Shown here: piece after piece, positions 13,726 through 28,505 of the stretch
Position numbering within the stretch: the first letter of the stretch is position 1
Layout of the letters: the number at the start of each line of letters is the position of its first letter
NCBI GenBank assembly: GCA_964016885.1
Contig: OZ024740.1
Location: 391,344,001 to 391,408,000, forward strand
Length of the DNA stretch: 64,000 bases
Reading direction: 5' to 3'
From: Eledone cirrhosa
Lineage: Eukaryota
Made by a program: the position numbers and the translations under genes
The notes under the pieces: generated by a model
Databases searched by the model: none
The model's input: only the letters and a program-made list of their open reading frames with translations
What the model was told of the DNA's origin: nothing

Positions 13726-14342
13726 TATTGAAGTTTGCTTGAAGCATTGTGGAACAATAAGTAAATATCTTTAAGTCGTTTGGAAGCCTCGACAATGCAA
13801 ATGGGTAAATCTCCGGGTAACAAGGTCCGGTGGTGGAGAGAGAGATGTAAGTGGGTGTACGTTGAGATGCGTGGTGTGTATAAGATGTGTGAGATGTGTA
13901 GAATGAAGGGAAGAGTATAAAGGATAAAGGATAAAATAAAAAAATAAAAATAAAAATAACAACACAAGAGAGAGTTACCTTGGGAGAGATTTAATAGTGC
14001 TTATATATTTCGGATTCACATCCATCAACTGGGATTTTTTTCAGGGGTGGGGGAAAAGGTTGTCTGTCGAACAAGTCCGGAACGCGTCCTTCGCTGTTTG
14101 TTGTTTTGAATATCTGAGGTATTCGGCAGAGCGCGCGTGCGCGTGAAATGGGGTCGGTCGTACAGAGGTCAGCGGCCGAATGAGGGAGTGGGATGGCGCT
14201 AGCTGTCAGTCCATTCTCTGCCTGTTTGTTAAATGGGAGGAATTCTGAATTAATTTTCCGTATCAAATTTTTCATATACTTCGTACGAGCATTTATGTAG
14301 TTTGCACTAGAATATTTGTATCGTAGCAGCACCCTTAAAGAT
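13721..14342 (-). mobile_element. Probable PLE 3' fragment (end of ORF plus 3' UTR)
   Basis: Minus-strand ORF tail ..ARTKYMKNLIRKINSEFLPFNK resembles a GIY-YIG C-terminus; UTR homologous to 51252-51495. Confidence 0.5.
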
Positions 14343-14963
14343 AGTATTAGTATTCATTTTCGGGATTCTGAATTATTATTTCGTATTAGTTTATTTTTTG
14401 CACTGGGTGGTTGCTGGCCTTGTGCCTAGGGTAGAAACAATTATTTCGTATTAGTTTCGGGACTCTGAATTATTATTTCGTGGTAGTTTCTTTAGTATTT
14501 TGGCCCCCCACTTGTTGACCTGTCACCGTAAGATATACTCGGTTGATTACTACTAACTCTTAAAATGGTCTCACTACAATTCCGTCCCACCTAGTAAACT
14601 TCTCTATAGTTTAGCAGTACCGGTGAGAGACTTGATGACTGTGGTTAGGGAATAGTACCCAGAAATTGTTTTTTTATATTTTTAACATTCTTGGTATTCT
14701 TCTATATATTTACTCCATATTGATTTACTTATTGTTTCGACTTCCTCCCCTCCCCCTCCCTAGTATACTTGCTTGACCTCCTGCCCTGCTGTAGTTGGCA
14801 CTATCAACGCACGACTGGGTTTCCTCCACTCCCTCTCCCTCTTTCTTCTACTGGCAGGTTCAGCTACCCATTCCTTCCACAAATTGCCATGATAGAATTA
14901 TGTGCCTCAACAACAAACTTTTGACCAAACCTTGTGACAATCACTTTTACCATATATGGAATT

Positions 14964-15059
14964 ACCCCTTGAGAAGCTCGGCTATTCATATACCAGAATA
15001 AAAATGTTCATTTAGTCCAGAATTAGCCGTCGAAACGGCTTGAGCTCAGCCGTCGGAGT
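14964..15059 (+). ncRNA. Type I hammerhead, U3-A8 variant core
   Basis: acccc-TTGAGAA-g..cggcta..tagccg-tc-GAAA-cggc ttgagctca gccg-TC-ggagt. Confidence 0.75.
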
Positions 15060-15145
15060 CCTACTCGTTCCTATATATATATATATATAAAATAAAATAA
15101 AATAAAATAAATAAGTCAAATGTTTAAAATTTGGCTTCGTTTATT

Positions 15146-15200
15146 ACTGGTATATATATTTCAGTGACAGCCATCTTTGGCTGTGAACTCTTCAGGCAGT
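15146..15200 (-). ncRNA. Type I hammerhead ribozyme (same family as 25205)
   Basis: actgc-CTGAAGA-..acagcc aaagat ggctgt..-GAAA-tatata-TA-ccagt; one stem I mismatch. Confidence 0.75.
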
Positions 15201-15588
15201 CCGAATTAGTGTGGTAGAGACGAGTACACATGTTGTTGAGGTGTTTAACTTTGTCAATACTCTGATATGCCCAGTTCCTGGTTGGATTGTTATTTCACTG
15301 AGGGACTGGAATCATATATATATATATATAGCGTGAAACTAAAAACCCTGCCATTTGTACTGCCTCTCTGTTTTTTGTTTTCTGTTCATATATATATATA
15401 TATATATATACATACATACATACAATACATATACACACATACATACATACACTTACACACATATATATATATACATATATATATATACATATATATATAT
15501 ACACATACATATACACATATACATACACATATACATATATAGATATATAAATAAATACACAAATACACACATACACACACATATCCAA

Positions 15589-15637
<49 letters not shown>

Positions 15638-15666
15638 AATAAAAACATGTATATATATAAAAATAA

Positions 15667-15723
<57 letters not shown>

Positions 15724-15724
15724 T

Positions 15725-15782
<58 letters not shown>

Positions 15783-16038
15783 TGTATATATATATATACT
15801 GTATATATATAAGCGGTAGATAGAGTAATAGATGTAAAGAGAGTGTGAGAACTAAGAGGGAGATGGAGTAATATATATAAATAAATATACACGGGTGTGT
15901 ATGATTGTATATAGAAGATTATATTAATAAAAGGAATTACAACTTTGTCTGATTTACTCGTTTTATTTACAATCCTTTAAAATTACAATGATATTATAAT
16001 GAAATAGTATGGTACAATATTAAATATTAAGTGTTAAT

Positions 16039-16077
16039 TGAACAAGTACTTTCATGCTTTCGCAATCTTCAGATTCA
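16039..16077 (-). ncRNA. Candidate minimal hammerhead lacking stem II
   Basis: tgaat-CTGAAGA-ttgc-GAAA-gcat gaaa gtac-TT-gttca; next to a perfect 23-bp-arm palindrome at 16089-16138. Confidence 0.55.
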
Positions 16078-16140
16078 TATTCTGTGGCGACAGTCAAGTT
16101 TGCAATTTTCAACTGTGAAAATTGCAAACTTGACTGTCAC

Positions 16141-16196
<56 letters not shown>

Positions 16197-16695
16197 TTGT
16201 GTTTCAATTGCAAAGGACCAATGTATGATATTCTCTGCTCCAATATGTAGAGCTAACTTTAGTCTCATAAACCTAGCTGCTATTTTTAGCGGCATGAGTA
16301 TGTGAGCATATTGTTCAGTCTTCTTAGATCCTTAGAAGTGAAAGGTCTGCTAATTTTTGGATACCTACTGAAGAGCACAGAAATAGTGGCTTTCACTTAA
16401 TAATACTTGCGAAACAGATTTAAGTCTGTCTAGGTATCAAAGGGTTTTGCCCGATATAGGTTTGTTATTTCCATTGATATTATTTTAAATCGAGTCAGGC
16501 AACCCATATTGTATTAAGTTAGTATTTTTTCAACCTAGCTAACTTGGTCCTTTGCAATTGGAACACATGTATACTTGTATCTGTGTTCATCTATCTCATA
16601 TATTCAATTATATTATGTTACACGGCTCGGAAAAATTTCTTTCTTTGAGCTATTTAATTGTAAAAGATTATTTTGAGTTTCTAACCCAATGTGTG

Positions 16696-16828
<133 letters not shown>

Positions 16829-16840
16829 GGAAAAAGTATG

Positions 16841-16936
16841 ACCCCGACGGCAGAGCTCAAGCCGTTTCGACGGCTATTTTTGGACTAAATTAGAATTTTT
16901 AGCCTGGTAAATAAATAGCCGAACTTGTCAAGGGGT
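16841..16936 (-). ncRNA. Type I hammerhead, U3-A8 variant core
   Basis: acccc-TTGACAA-gtt-cggctattt..aaatagccg-tc-GAAA-cggc..gccg-TC-ggggt. Confidence 0.8.
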
Positions 16937-17214
16937 ATTTCCTTATATGGGAAGATTGTAGTTGTCAAGAGGATTGGTCAAAATTTGTTGTAAACACAAA
17001 TACGTCTGTCATGGCATTTGGTGGGAGGTAGGGATGGCTGAACTTGTCTGCAGAACAATAGGGGAGTGAGTGGAGCCGGTCAAGCGTTGAAAGTGAAATC
17101 TATGCAGCAGATTCTAAGGATACCTCCCACCAAATGCCAAGACAGGCGTATTTGTGTTTACAACAAATTCTGACCAATCCTCTTGACAACTACAATCTTC
17201 CCATATAAGGAAGT

Positions 17215-17310
17215 ACCCCTTGACAAGTTCGGGTATTTATTTACCAGGCTAAAAATTCTAATTTAGTCCAGAAATAGCCGTCGAAACGGCTTGAGCTCTG
17301 CCGTCGGGGT
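17215..17310 (+). ncRNA. Type I hammerhead, U3-A8 variant core
   Basis: acccc-TTGACAA(17220-17226)...GAAA(17283)-cggc ttgagctct gccg-TC-ggggt. Confidence 0.8.
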
Positions 17311-17401
17311 CATACTTTTTCTTATTACCCACTCTACTACCCTAAGTATTGAGTACTCTGGTGCGTTATGGTCCATCTGGTCCCTTACCACAATTCTTTT
17401 G

Positions 17402-17453
<52 letters not shown>

Positions 17454-17746
17454 GTGTATATATATATATATATACACACAAACATATATATATATATATA
17501 CACGTGTATATATATATATAGAGATATATATATATACACACACATATATATATATATATACACACACACATATATATAGATACACATATAGTATATATAT
17601 ATATACATATATATATATACATATCTATATATATATATACACATATATATGTACGTCTGTGTGTATGTGTATATATGTATCTATATTTATGTGTGTGTGT
17701 ATGTTTGTAAATACACGCATGTATATTTATGTTTGTATATGTATGT

Positions 17747-17812
<66 letters not shown>

Positions 17813-20800
17813 TGAGATTCTTGTTTATCAATATAATAGTTGTTGTCAGCTACCAGTATTTCACTTGTTTCAGTATTTCACTTATTTGTGATGAAGTGAA
17901 AATGGTAGGTTGTGTTATCTACGGGATATATCACAAATAAATTGACGTAATATTACATGATGCTTTACCTAGATGAACATTGTCTACTACATGAAAACTA
18001 TTAGTTTTAAATAATTACATTTAACTAGTAAAATGTGTCTTTGATCATGTTTGCTCAATCAGGATTGATCTGATACTAAAAATCAACTCACGTAATATTT
18101 ACGACATAAAATTAATATAGAATAAATTGTTATGTTTTGAAAAAGAAAACATCTAACGTTTCATAGAAGAGAAAATAATTGGGAATAGTAAAAGTCAAAA
18201 GGAATTATGGTATTACTGAATAATAAAGGAAGTGAATGATGGGTAATGTAAGTTTTGTAAAAGGTAACAAAAAGAAAGAAACGTCAGAGAATGTATAGGT
18301 TAAAACGATGAGAAAAATCAATATGAACGCTGGGAAGATTTGAAAAACTTTAATGCTTTAATATTAGTTCTCATCATTACTCCCAATTTATCTATCTAGT
18401 ACTACGTGTAAACAACTTATATCTGTCCGACGAAATGTTCTATCGGAAACGGTAGACTGTTGTTCCTCTCAGCATCAAAATATATTAATTACGTTTTGTA
18501 CACATATACTTTATGTGTTAACGGCCTAATAAAAGCTTATTATATAAGTTTTCTATTACACATTGCCGTCGCAGAACATTACTATTTTTACAGTTTTTCT
18601 ATGTTATAAATATATTTGTAGAAATAAAAATATGTCGGTTACGGTAGAGCATTGCGACTAAAATCCTTCCCAAAGATTTGATTTTGAATTCCGCAACACT
18701 TATTAATTGAAACTCTTAATTTTACATAAATTATTTTCTTTTTGAGTCAAATGTCATGCGGCTTTGTGCTCACACGTGTGAAAGTGTGAATACATGAAAG
18801 GATAGCATAGACGTATGGTTAAGATGTTTGTTTCGATTCCATTGCATCTTGGGCTATGTGTAGTTTTACAATAGCTTTAGGTCAATCTTTGTCAATTTGC
18901 AGTGGGCTAGCATGGCAAAACATCTACCATATCCTTGTCTAAATGGAAGGCATCGACGATAGCTGAAGAGAAATATAGATTGGAGTACACTAACCGCCAC
19001 ATTAGCAAACTGTAATACACCTTATACACACACACATACACACGCAAACTAACAGTCCTTCTATCTCTTCTTCTTTCCTTCCTTCCTTCCTTCTCTCTCT
19101 CTTTCTTTCTCTCTCTCTCTTTCTTTCTCCCCCCTCTCTCACTCTCTATCCGGAAGCGTTCATCATTTAAAAGTTGTGACGCAATACAATATACAAATTA
19201 AGTTTAAACAAAAGCTAATTATTTTCGTAAACAAATAAGAACTTAATTTCAATGGCATCAGTTACTCCTCAAATACCTAAAAAATTTTCATTTCCCCATC
19301 TCTTCTTTCTGTCCCGTAGCATTACCCTGTGTCACTAAAGTGTGTTTGCAATCAGTCTTTGTATAAGGTCGTATTGTGTCAAAGAAGCCAAAACAGTATA
19401 GATTTTCCCAGAAAAAATATAATTCAAATCAATTTGTTTTAATTTTCTTTGTAAGTTTCTTCAGGATGATTTATTAAAACTTATTTTCTCCTCGTATATA
19501 ATTCCAACCCCGACACCACATTTCTTTTTCTTATTTCTTGAGCAATAATTATTCCTTCATTACCTCTGTTTTTAAGTGCTTGAAAAAAGTTAAAACCATA
19601 ATTATATCATCGGATTTATTCTTGCAAGTGGTTTTCTGCTAGCATGTGTAGTGTACATATAGATATTATACGCAAATATATATGCATGTAGATATGATAC
19701 GTCAAATAAAATCGTAATTGACAATATACACAGAAATTGAAGAGAGGCTGTGTTACACTCTCTTCTGTAATCAGTAAAGTAATCCATGATACATTTAAAA
19801 AAAGATGATATTTTATATAAACTGCATTACGGCAAAATGTTATGAAAACAAAAAGGAGAAAATTAGCGATAGAAATATAAACGTTATATAACTATGCAAA
19901 TATATGAACGTTTATATAAGCGATATATAGCGTACGGTCACTAACCGGAAGTGTAAACATTTGAAAATTTTAAAGAAGTGAATCTTAAAATAAGCTATAC
20001 ATTACTTATATATAAACATATTCATGTTTAATCAACAGCTACAAAATTTAGTAGATAAATTACATAATATTCATTCGTGATTTATTCGAAGTAATCCAAC
20101 TTATTTTAATAACGTGTTCAGAAAAAATATCTTTGGCTCAGTCTTTATATATAAGATAGTATCAATCATTATATATAAGATAGTATTTTCAATGAAACGA
20201 ATGCTACCATTCACATTTTTAACGCAAGCGTGGACAAATTCTAAACAAACCTTTGGCATACTACACGGTTTAATTTTTTATACATATATTTAGCGCATAG
20301 CACATGTAAAGAATTCTAATTAACCTGTCTGAGGTCTTATCAGATTGAAGTAGAAGTCCAGTTTAATTTATTTTGATTTTTGCCTAAGTATAATGACTGA
20401 TATGCCATGGTAGCAACATGCGGTTCAATAACATTACGCAATCATTAAGAAGACTATAAAATGTCCAGGATTAGCTTAATACAGTAAGTCAGCCACGTTA
20501 TCAAATATACTCTAGGAGAATATAAATCCAATATTCATTGTCAAAATTCAACATGGCTCCATTTAGAAAATAAAATGTTAGCAGTTTATTCAGTTGCATG
20601 CTTATTTGTTCTTCCCTCTTAGATCTATCTAATTAATGCGTAATGAAACCTTTAATGACTTGTTGTTTGCTTCAGTTAGAAAAACTGCTAAATATGTTAC
20701 TATTTTCTTTCGTCTATTTCATTCCAAATCTTATTTTTATTTTATTGGCCTCTCTGCTTCGTTTTAAAAAAAAATTAATTAACTTACATGAAAAGTATCT

Positions 20801-21397
20801 GTAGTTAATAGTAACTAAAATGTTACATGGAATGAAATAAATGTTGACAACCGTAAAATCATTGACTTTACAAACGCCTTCAAACGTCAACATTAAACTA
20901 TTACAACACGCTCAATGCTGAAAAATAACATTTATATCATTCAGCTGTGGTGAACCACCAACAGTATTCTCTTTCTGTCTCTTTCTGTCTATTACATGAA
21001 ACATACGGTTCATTCCACTACATATTTTCCTGGTTAATCCTTTCAAATTGGCGTGCAAAACAAGAATTTGGATTAAGGATAAAAACATCGATTCAGTTTG
21101 TAACTTTAAACAAATGTTATTTCTCACATAGTATCATTGTTTTGGTTGGATAATAAAGAGTAAAGAGTTTGTACTACTTTGGTTGTTTGCAATTTGTGCT
21201 CTCAGATTTGATAGCACTACGACTACTACTAATAATAATTAGGTCTCCTAAAATATATGCGATCTCTAAGCGATCTCTCTGAGAGTGGTTTGTCTGACCG
21301 CGGTTGGTGTAAAAGTGAAACACTGGACAAAAATTTATCCTCAAATTGACCAGCGTGTGTCACCTATTACGGCCCTTTATTTCAGAGTACAAATCAC

Positions 21398-21515
21398 ACC
21401 GAGGTTATCTTTGCCTTTCATACTTACGGGGTCAATTAAATAACGCACTAGTGTCGATTTAATCGATTTACCCCTCCCTCCAAATTCTTGGCCTTGTGCT
21501 TACATCAGGAACTAC
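21398..21515 (+). mobile_element. SINE family B, diverged partial copy
   Basis: ccgaggttatctttgcctttcatacttacggggtc...tggccttgtgc. Confidence 0.7.
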
Positions 21516-21559
21516 TATTATTATTCTTATTAACCGGTACCAGTCTATTTATAGACTAA

Positions 21560-21840
21560 TGCCGCTGACCTTCACCTGGGCAAAACGAGCAGTATCACAC
21601 AACACTGTTAGGGAAAATGGTGCAGAAGTTACACTAAATGCTGAAGAATCCACACAATTTTGGTCAAATCTATCTATGGGGAATTGTAAAAGAGCATAAC
21701 AAAGATACGAAATGGATAAATGAAGTTGAGTATAAGTTATAAAATGAACCAAAACAAAGATGGGAAAGAATTTCGAAGGAAGGCGTTCATGAGCAACTTA
21801 GAGAGTCAATTAAATGATCCAGTGTTAATAAGATCATCAC
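21560..21840 (+). mobile_element. Possible R4/Dong-like non-LTR retrotransposon remnant
   Basis: AEESTQFWSNL followed by frameshifted HNKD.KWINE-like residues. Confidence 0.35.
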
Positions 21841-22024
21841 TATGTAAATGAAGGATATAAATTATAATAATTATAAGAAAACAACAACAAAAATAATGAT
21901 AATAATAAAAATAAATCCTCTAGGGTTTGAAGTACCAAGTTGAGATCTGGCATGGAAGAGCCTCTCTTGATGAGGGTAGTGGAGTCTTTCTGAGTCTTGG
22001 TCAACAGTCCGCCAAGTGATGGTA

Positions 22025-22400
22025 TCATGATGCAGCCCTTTCTAACGCCGGTTCGAGCTGAAGGCTCTTTAGCAACTCCAGCTTCCGCAGTAATAGCTCT
22101 AGTGTCAGCACATACAGAAAGAAGTTGAGACGGCATCCTAGATATTCAGAGCATTTGATCTGAGAGAGGTAAAAACTGAAGGCACCCCCCCCCCCCCCCC
22201 CCCCAAAAAAAAACCCGGAAGGAAAGCTGGTCCAGGACCGATTTGGAGATACTTCTCCACACAAAGCCGGAGAAACTGGGCAAGATCCCGAAGTCACGCT
22301 TCATCTGGTCGTTGAAGGCGAAAAGCCTCGACATCTGATTTTGTCCATTGATATTAGCTTTTACCAAATTGGTTGTGAGTGCCTGGTCTTGTTAAGCAGT
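22025..22400 (-). mobile_element. Degenerate L1/Tx1-like RT remnant
   Basis: LGCRLNFFLYVLTLELLLRKL resembles QGCPLSPLLYVLALEPLLRKL. Confidence 0.5.
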
Positions 22401-22652
22401 AATAATTCTTCCGAGGGTCACTCATGGAGAAGGCCCACAAAACTTTGTCTGCTAGGGCAAGCGTCCTCTCTCTGTTGTTCTCCAATTTACAGGTGCATAC
22501 TCAGAGCAAGCCCATTTACTCGGACTATGCTCACCCACCTTTCAACACATACACACACACACATATATATATAATTTAGATGAGTTGATAATACAAAGAA
22601 AAGTTCGTAAATCTATTAACTAATTTAATGTAATTAAACTCAGCCTATTTTA

Positions 22653-22717
<65 letters not shown>

Positions 22718-22909
22718 GGAATATCGGTAACATTTATCTGTTATATCTTCAAAGTTATATTTTAAACCTAGCTCCGTTTAAATGATTATTTATCTGGTTG
22801 ATTTCTACGGACTAAGAAGGAAAAAAATGGATGAATTTTGTCTTACTATTCTTCAAAATTATAATTCTCTCTCTCTATATATATATACATACATATATGT
22901 ATATAAATG

Positions 22910-22946
<37 letters not shown>

Positions 22947-22962
22947 GTATATATATATATAT

Positions 22963-23149
22963 TTATTAAAATAACAGATTAAAGTTTAAGCAAAGAATCG
23001 CTGCTTTCACCTTTAACGGGATCTTTGCTTAAACTTTAATCTGTTATTTTAATAATTGTTTGCTCTAGGGTTCTTATATATTTGATATATATTTATCCTT
23101 ATCGAGCCCTCTTTGGATTTTAGTCCCCACATTTATTATTATTACAATT
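22963..23149 (+). mobile_element. PLE 3'-end fold-back fragment (same family as 4763)
   Basis: Near-identical sequence with short inverted arms; TA flanks. Confidence 0.7.
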
Positions 23150-23162
23150 ATATATATATATG

Positions 23163-23263
<101 letters not shown>

Positions 23264-23433
23264 GAATTCCTTCTGTCTTTATCACTCTAAATATAAATTA
23301 TAGCGTTAAAGAATTAGCTTTTAAAGATTCCCTTTTCTTTAAACCCATCAACCGATGACCTCCACCCATCCCAATCCCCACCCTCTCCTATCACCAGAAA
23401 AGATAAATACCACCATATTTACTTGGGCAGTCA

Positions 23434-23482
23434 GCTTCCTGATGATTTCTCACGAATGAAACAGTTCTAGTCCTGTAGAAGG
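23434..23482 (+). ncRNA. Type I hammerhead ribozyme in PLE fragment 23262-23566
   Basis: cttc-CTGATGA-t-ttc tcac gaa-t-GAAA-cag..ctg-TA-gaag. Confidence 0.9.
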
Positions 23483-23563
23483 TTTTCTATATTAAAAATT
23501 TACACTCTGCACTGTATTGAGTACCTTACTTACTGTGGTTACCCCCGATTGAACCCGGGATAA

Positions 23564-23627
<64 letters not shown>

Positions 23628-23629
<2 letters not shown>

Positions 23630-25403
23630 AACGAGCTTTAAAGACCGCTGGTACAACCATCACCATTCATTCAATAAGGAGGCCAAAAGGAAAAGCACGG
23701 CTCTCTCCGACCTGATATGGAAGCTTAAGCTGGACAGGACCCCGTACTCTCTGGCCTGGTACATAATCAGGAAAGTACCACCCGATAAAGGGGAATCTTG
23801 CATATGCAAACTATACCTGAACGAGACCCTCGAGATACTAAGAGGTGGAAGCGGCCTGATAAACCTTAGAACCGACTTCTTCGGGACATGCAGACACCTT
23901 AGAGCCGGGACCTTCCTCAAGATATATGGACAGTAGCAACACAAGAAGATGTGAACTCCCCTCAAGCTATAGGGACTTCTCCAGAATATGTAGACACCTC
24001 TCGGCCAGACCTCCCTCAAGCTATATGGGCAGTAACAACACCCTAGGTTGTGAATTCCCCTCAAGCCACAGGGAACCCAGGCTGAGCAGACACCATGATA
24101 GCCTAGAGATTGAATCGGACACAGCCATTATAAATTGGCCAACATCTATATAACACAAACACATTTTAATTTACTTGATTTCTGATTTTCAATTTCCAAT
24201 TTTAAATCTTGATTTCTCTTTATTAATTTGTTATTTGTTTTCTGTTCTCTTCACTGTATCACCTTATATTTATTTTTAAGTTGAGATTGATTATAACACA
24301 AACACATTTTGTTTGATTATCTTATTCTTTTATTATTATTTTAACATCTTGTTCCTCATACCAATCTATCCAACATATTTCTGACCTTGAGATTGGTTAT
24401 AGCACACACACACTTTATCCTACTTTATTTGAATCTTCATTTTATTTTTCACTTCTCCATATTCATTTTCATTACTTTTTCACCAATTTTTCATTTATTC
24501 TTTATTCTCTATTTATTATTTATTTTCTGTTTTCTTCATTTTTCTGTTTTCTTCATTTATTGCCTTACATTTCTTCATATACATGGAAGACCCCCCCCCC
24601 CCACCACCACCACGGGAGATGGTGGCAGGAGGGACGAAGAAAAAACACACACAGATACTTTTAAATTGTCAGCAGCAGCAAGACATAAGCTGACCACAAC
24701 ACCAACAACACTACTGAAATAATGGTAGTGGTCAAATGTACTTAACAATAGCAAACACAAACACTACAGGGAGCCTCACCCCAGAAAGAATTTCTATAGA
24801 CTTCTGACTGAGGAATGCTCTCAAAACTGACCAATGGGAAGTTTGACATTTTTTTGTTATTTTGTTCCTTCTACCACTTTATCAATTTTTTAAGCTAACT
24901 CCAACAATAACAACACTACCAACACAAGAATTGAGGTCAGATGTACCTAACAATAACAAGAACAACAACTACAGATTGGCTTGCCTCAGAACGAACTTCT
25001 ATAGACTTTTGAATGAGGAATGTTCTAACAACTGACCAATGAGAGGAGAAGAGGCTCTTTGACACTGAAATTCGTTTGTTTGAATTTATATGATTCCAGT
25101 TCCTCAGTGAAATAACAACCCAACCAGGAACTGGGCATATCAGAGTATTGACAAAATTATACACCTCAACAACATATGTACTTGTCTATACCACACTAAT
25201 TCGGACTGCCTGAAGAGGTCACAGCCAAAGATGGCTGTCACCGAAATATATATAGCAGTAATAAACGAAGCTAAATTTTAAACATTTGACTTTTTATTTT
25301 ACTTTATTTTACATTACTCCGGAGTAACCAAACCAACCTGCGCACTTCGTCGAGTGCTCCAGCTGCATACTGAGGTGTTGGTATACAACCAACATATACT
25401 CAA
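23628..25403 (+). mobile_element. 5'-truncated Naiad-type Penelope-like element (GIY-YIG C-terminus to 23935, long repetitive 3' UTR, HHR, tail)
   Basis: My translation: TSFKDRWYNHHHSF..STALSDLIWKLK..LAWYII..CICKLYLNETLEIL..LINLRTDFFGTCRH; HHR at 25205. Confidence 0.85.
25205..25259 (+). ncRNA. Type I hammerhead ribozyme
   Basis: actgc-CTGAAGA-ggtc acagcc aaagat ggctgt cacc-GAAA-tatata-TA-gcagt-AATAAA. Confidence 0.92.
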
Positions 25404-25417
25404 AATCTCTCTCTCTA

Positions 25418-25873
25418 TATATAAAGTAAGTCCATAGAATCATTAGATAAAATATATACAAAAAATCATTTAAACGAGGCTATAAGGGGGGGGGGGTAGT
25501 GATATTTTGATGATTTTGGTAAGGTTTATGTACATTTTTTCTTCTAACTTTGATTTTGTACCTAATTATGTATGGTTAACTATATGTCTAGTCAATTTGT
25601 ACAGGCTATTAGAAATACTAGGTAAATTTTTGGTAGCTATGAGTCGCGGATAAGAAGCTATATCATTTATCTATTGTTTCTTCATAAGTATATTTTAAAC
25701 TTATAGCCTCGTTTAAATGATTTTTTGTGTGGTTGATTTATGCTGATTAGGAGAAGAAATACTGTATATATTTTATCTAATGATTCTATGGACTTACTTT
25801 TTATATATTGCTCTGATTATTAATTATTTAATTAATTCCTCATTGAGCCTCACCGTAATTGGTTGCCAAAAAC
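25418..25873. repeat. Fold-back element with tail between microsatellites (probable PLE end)
   Basis: aaagtaagtccatagaatcattagataaaat..aaacgaggctataag is inverted at 25700-25800. Confidence 0.65.
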
Positions 25874-26222
25874 ATATATATATATATCTGACTTCGTCTA
25901 GTTTATATGTATATACCCTTTAAATTTTATATATATATATATATATAAGTATGTACACGTACATACATACATATATGTATACAGACGTACAGTAGTATAT
26001 ATATATATACATACATGCACACATATATATATGTACGTATGGATATATATATACATACTACTGTACGTCTGTATACATATATGTATGTAGTGTACATACT
26101 TATATTTAAGTAACAGCTGTACTAAGAGTGGGAAATGAAATTTCGTTTCATTTTTTCCGTTTATATATATATATATATACATATACACACACATATATAT
26201 ATATATACACACATATATATAC

Positions 26223-26266
<44 letters not shown>

Positions 26267-26371
26267 AAATGTGTGCAAACAAACACTGGGTGTATCGACA
26301 ATTATCGAAATAAAGCGTTGAGGGAATATGAACTATTTCCCCACTCACTATCTATACATATACATACATAT

Positions 26372-26451
<80 letters not shown>

Positions 26452-26757
26452 ACACACACACACACACACACATATTCTTGCAGGTGTATGCTAAGTTAAT
26501 ATCAATATGTCTGAGAATTGGTGTTCTACTTGCATTACATCAAATATTACCAAGAATATTTCCCTCTGGTGATTTTTTAATGAAAGAGAATACATATTTA
26601 TTTTAAAACTAAATAATACACACGAAAACACAGGAGACTATTTTTCTGTATTTGTTAGAAATTACAGTTTCTGTATTCTGACGTACGTCTATATGATTAA
26701 CAGTGCATGTGTATCCGTACATATAATTGCGCTTGTGTGTTTATGTATATATATATA

Positions 26758-28310
26758 TTACTTTTTTACTCTTTTACCTATTCCAGCCATCCGACGGAGG
26801 CCATGCTGGGGCACCGCTCTTGTTGCTACACGTTCTATTTCCAGCCTGTGTTGGCTGGCCATTGGTGTAAGAGGGAGTTCGTTGCTGCTGCCCTTAGGTT
26901 AACTTCGTACCGTGCTGTGGGATCATCCGGGATTGTGGGTAGCAGGGTGTCAAGATGTGTCTTTAAAATATCGACGTCCACATCATGCAGATCTCTCAAT
27001 TCTTTTGGCAGCTTGTTGATATTTGAGGGCCTTTGAACCCCAGGCTATTGTAATATCTGCTCCTTATTCTCGATGTGGAAGATGGGACCTTGGGCACCAC
27101 TCAGTGACGTCCTGTTCGAGGGTTGGTCCAGCTCTCAATGCCAAAGTTTGGTGCTAGTCCCTCCAGAGTTTCCATATGTATATCACTGCGTATCTCTCCC
27201 ATCTTCGTTCCAAGGAGTAGAGTTTCAGTTCTTTTAGCCTCTCCCAGTAGCTTATCTCTTTCATCGTGGCAATCCTCTTGGTGTAGCTTCGTTGGATTGC
27301 CTCAAGCTCCGTGGTTAGTTTGATACTATGGAGTGACCACAGTTGGGAGTAGTAGTCCAGACGGCTTAGGACAAATGTCCTCCATAGTATCAACATGGTC
27401 TCTCGGTCTCTTGTCCGGAAAGTCCTCAAGATCCAGCCAGAGAATTGTCTGTACATTGTCCCCACCCTCATGATGTGTGAAGAAAAAGATGCATCGTTGC
27501 TCATGTCTATCCCTAGGTCTGGTATTGGATTTAGACACGGAGGTTTCGATCCCTCCTGGACCGGTGTAGCTGTGTTGTAGAGTCTTTGTGTTAGCAGGTT
27601 GGTATTGTAGGGCTTGAAATTTTCCAGCATTAAACTGCATGTTGTCCTCAGCCCATTTGTATATGGCATCCAGATCTTTTCGTAAAAGAGTAGTATCAGC
27701 TGGGTTCTTGATTGCCTGTGCTACCTTTGTGTCAACAGCATAGCTAGGGAGGGATGTTGTGTGTAGTACAGAAGGAATGTCTGAGAGAGCCACCCAAAAC
27801 AGTAGTGGTCCCAAGACTGCCCTGGGGAACCCCATTTATTGATGTTATTGATGTTTCCTTTGAGAGGGTCCCATTGGCTGCAACTGTCTGGATTCTGTCT
27901 TTTAAGGAATCATGCAGCCACTCACCTACTTTTCCAGTTATACCGAGTCTGTGTAATTTGTGACATATCATTCCGTGGTCGACATTGTCAAAGGCCTTCG
28001 CAAAGTCAAGATATATCACGTCCACATGTCAGTGGTCCAGCAGTTGTTTTAGTACCCAGTCATAGTGTTGTAGCAGCTGTGTAAGGCAGCTTCTTCCTGG
28101 GCGACAGCCATGCTGCGTGCTAGTTAGGCAGTAATTTTCTTCGAGGAACGTGATCAGTTTCTTTCTGATGATTCGATCCACGATCTTACTGATATGTGAC
28201 GTCAGGGAGACTGGCCTGAAGTTTTGGGCCTCCGCTCTGCTTCCTCCTTTATGGATAGGGCATATTGTGCCTTCTTTTAGTTCCATGGGTAGTTTACCAA
28301 TAGCCAAAGA
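26758..28310 (-). mobile_element. 5'-truncated CR1/L2-group LINE, frameshifted RT
   Basis: PIHKGGSRAEAQNFRPVSLTS, DVIYLDFAKAFDNVDH, GVPQGS, SYAVDTK (YADD-like), LYSLERR; 3' tail also present alone at 43957-44010. Confidence 0.92.
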
Positions 28311-28312
28311 AC

Positions 28313-28353
<41 letters not shown>

Positions 28354-28505
28354 AGTATATGTTGGTTGTATACCAACACCTCAGTATGCAGGCTGGAGCA
28401 CTCGACGAAGTGCGCAGGTTGGTTTGGTTACTCCGGAGTAATGTAAAATAAAGTTAAATAAAGTTAAATAAAAAGTCAAATGTTGAAAATTTAGCTTCGT
28501 TTATT

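Noticed and set aside
13995-14050. HHR-like ggat-gtga-atcc-GAAA-tatata on the minus strand (also near 51430)
   Set aside because: No consistent CUGANGA or stem I in either copy
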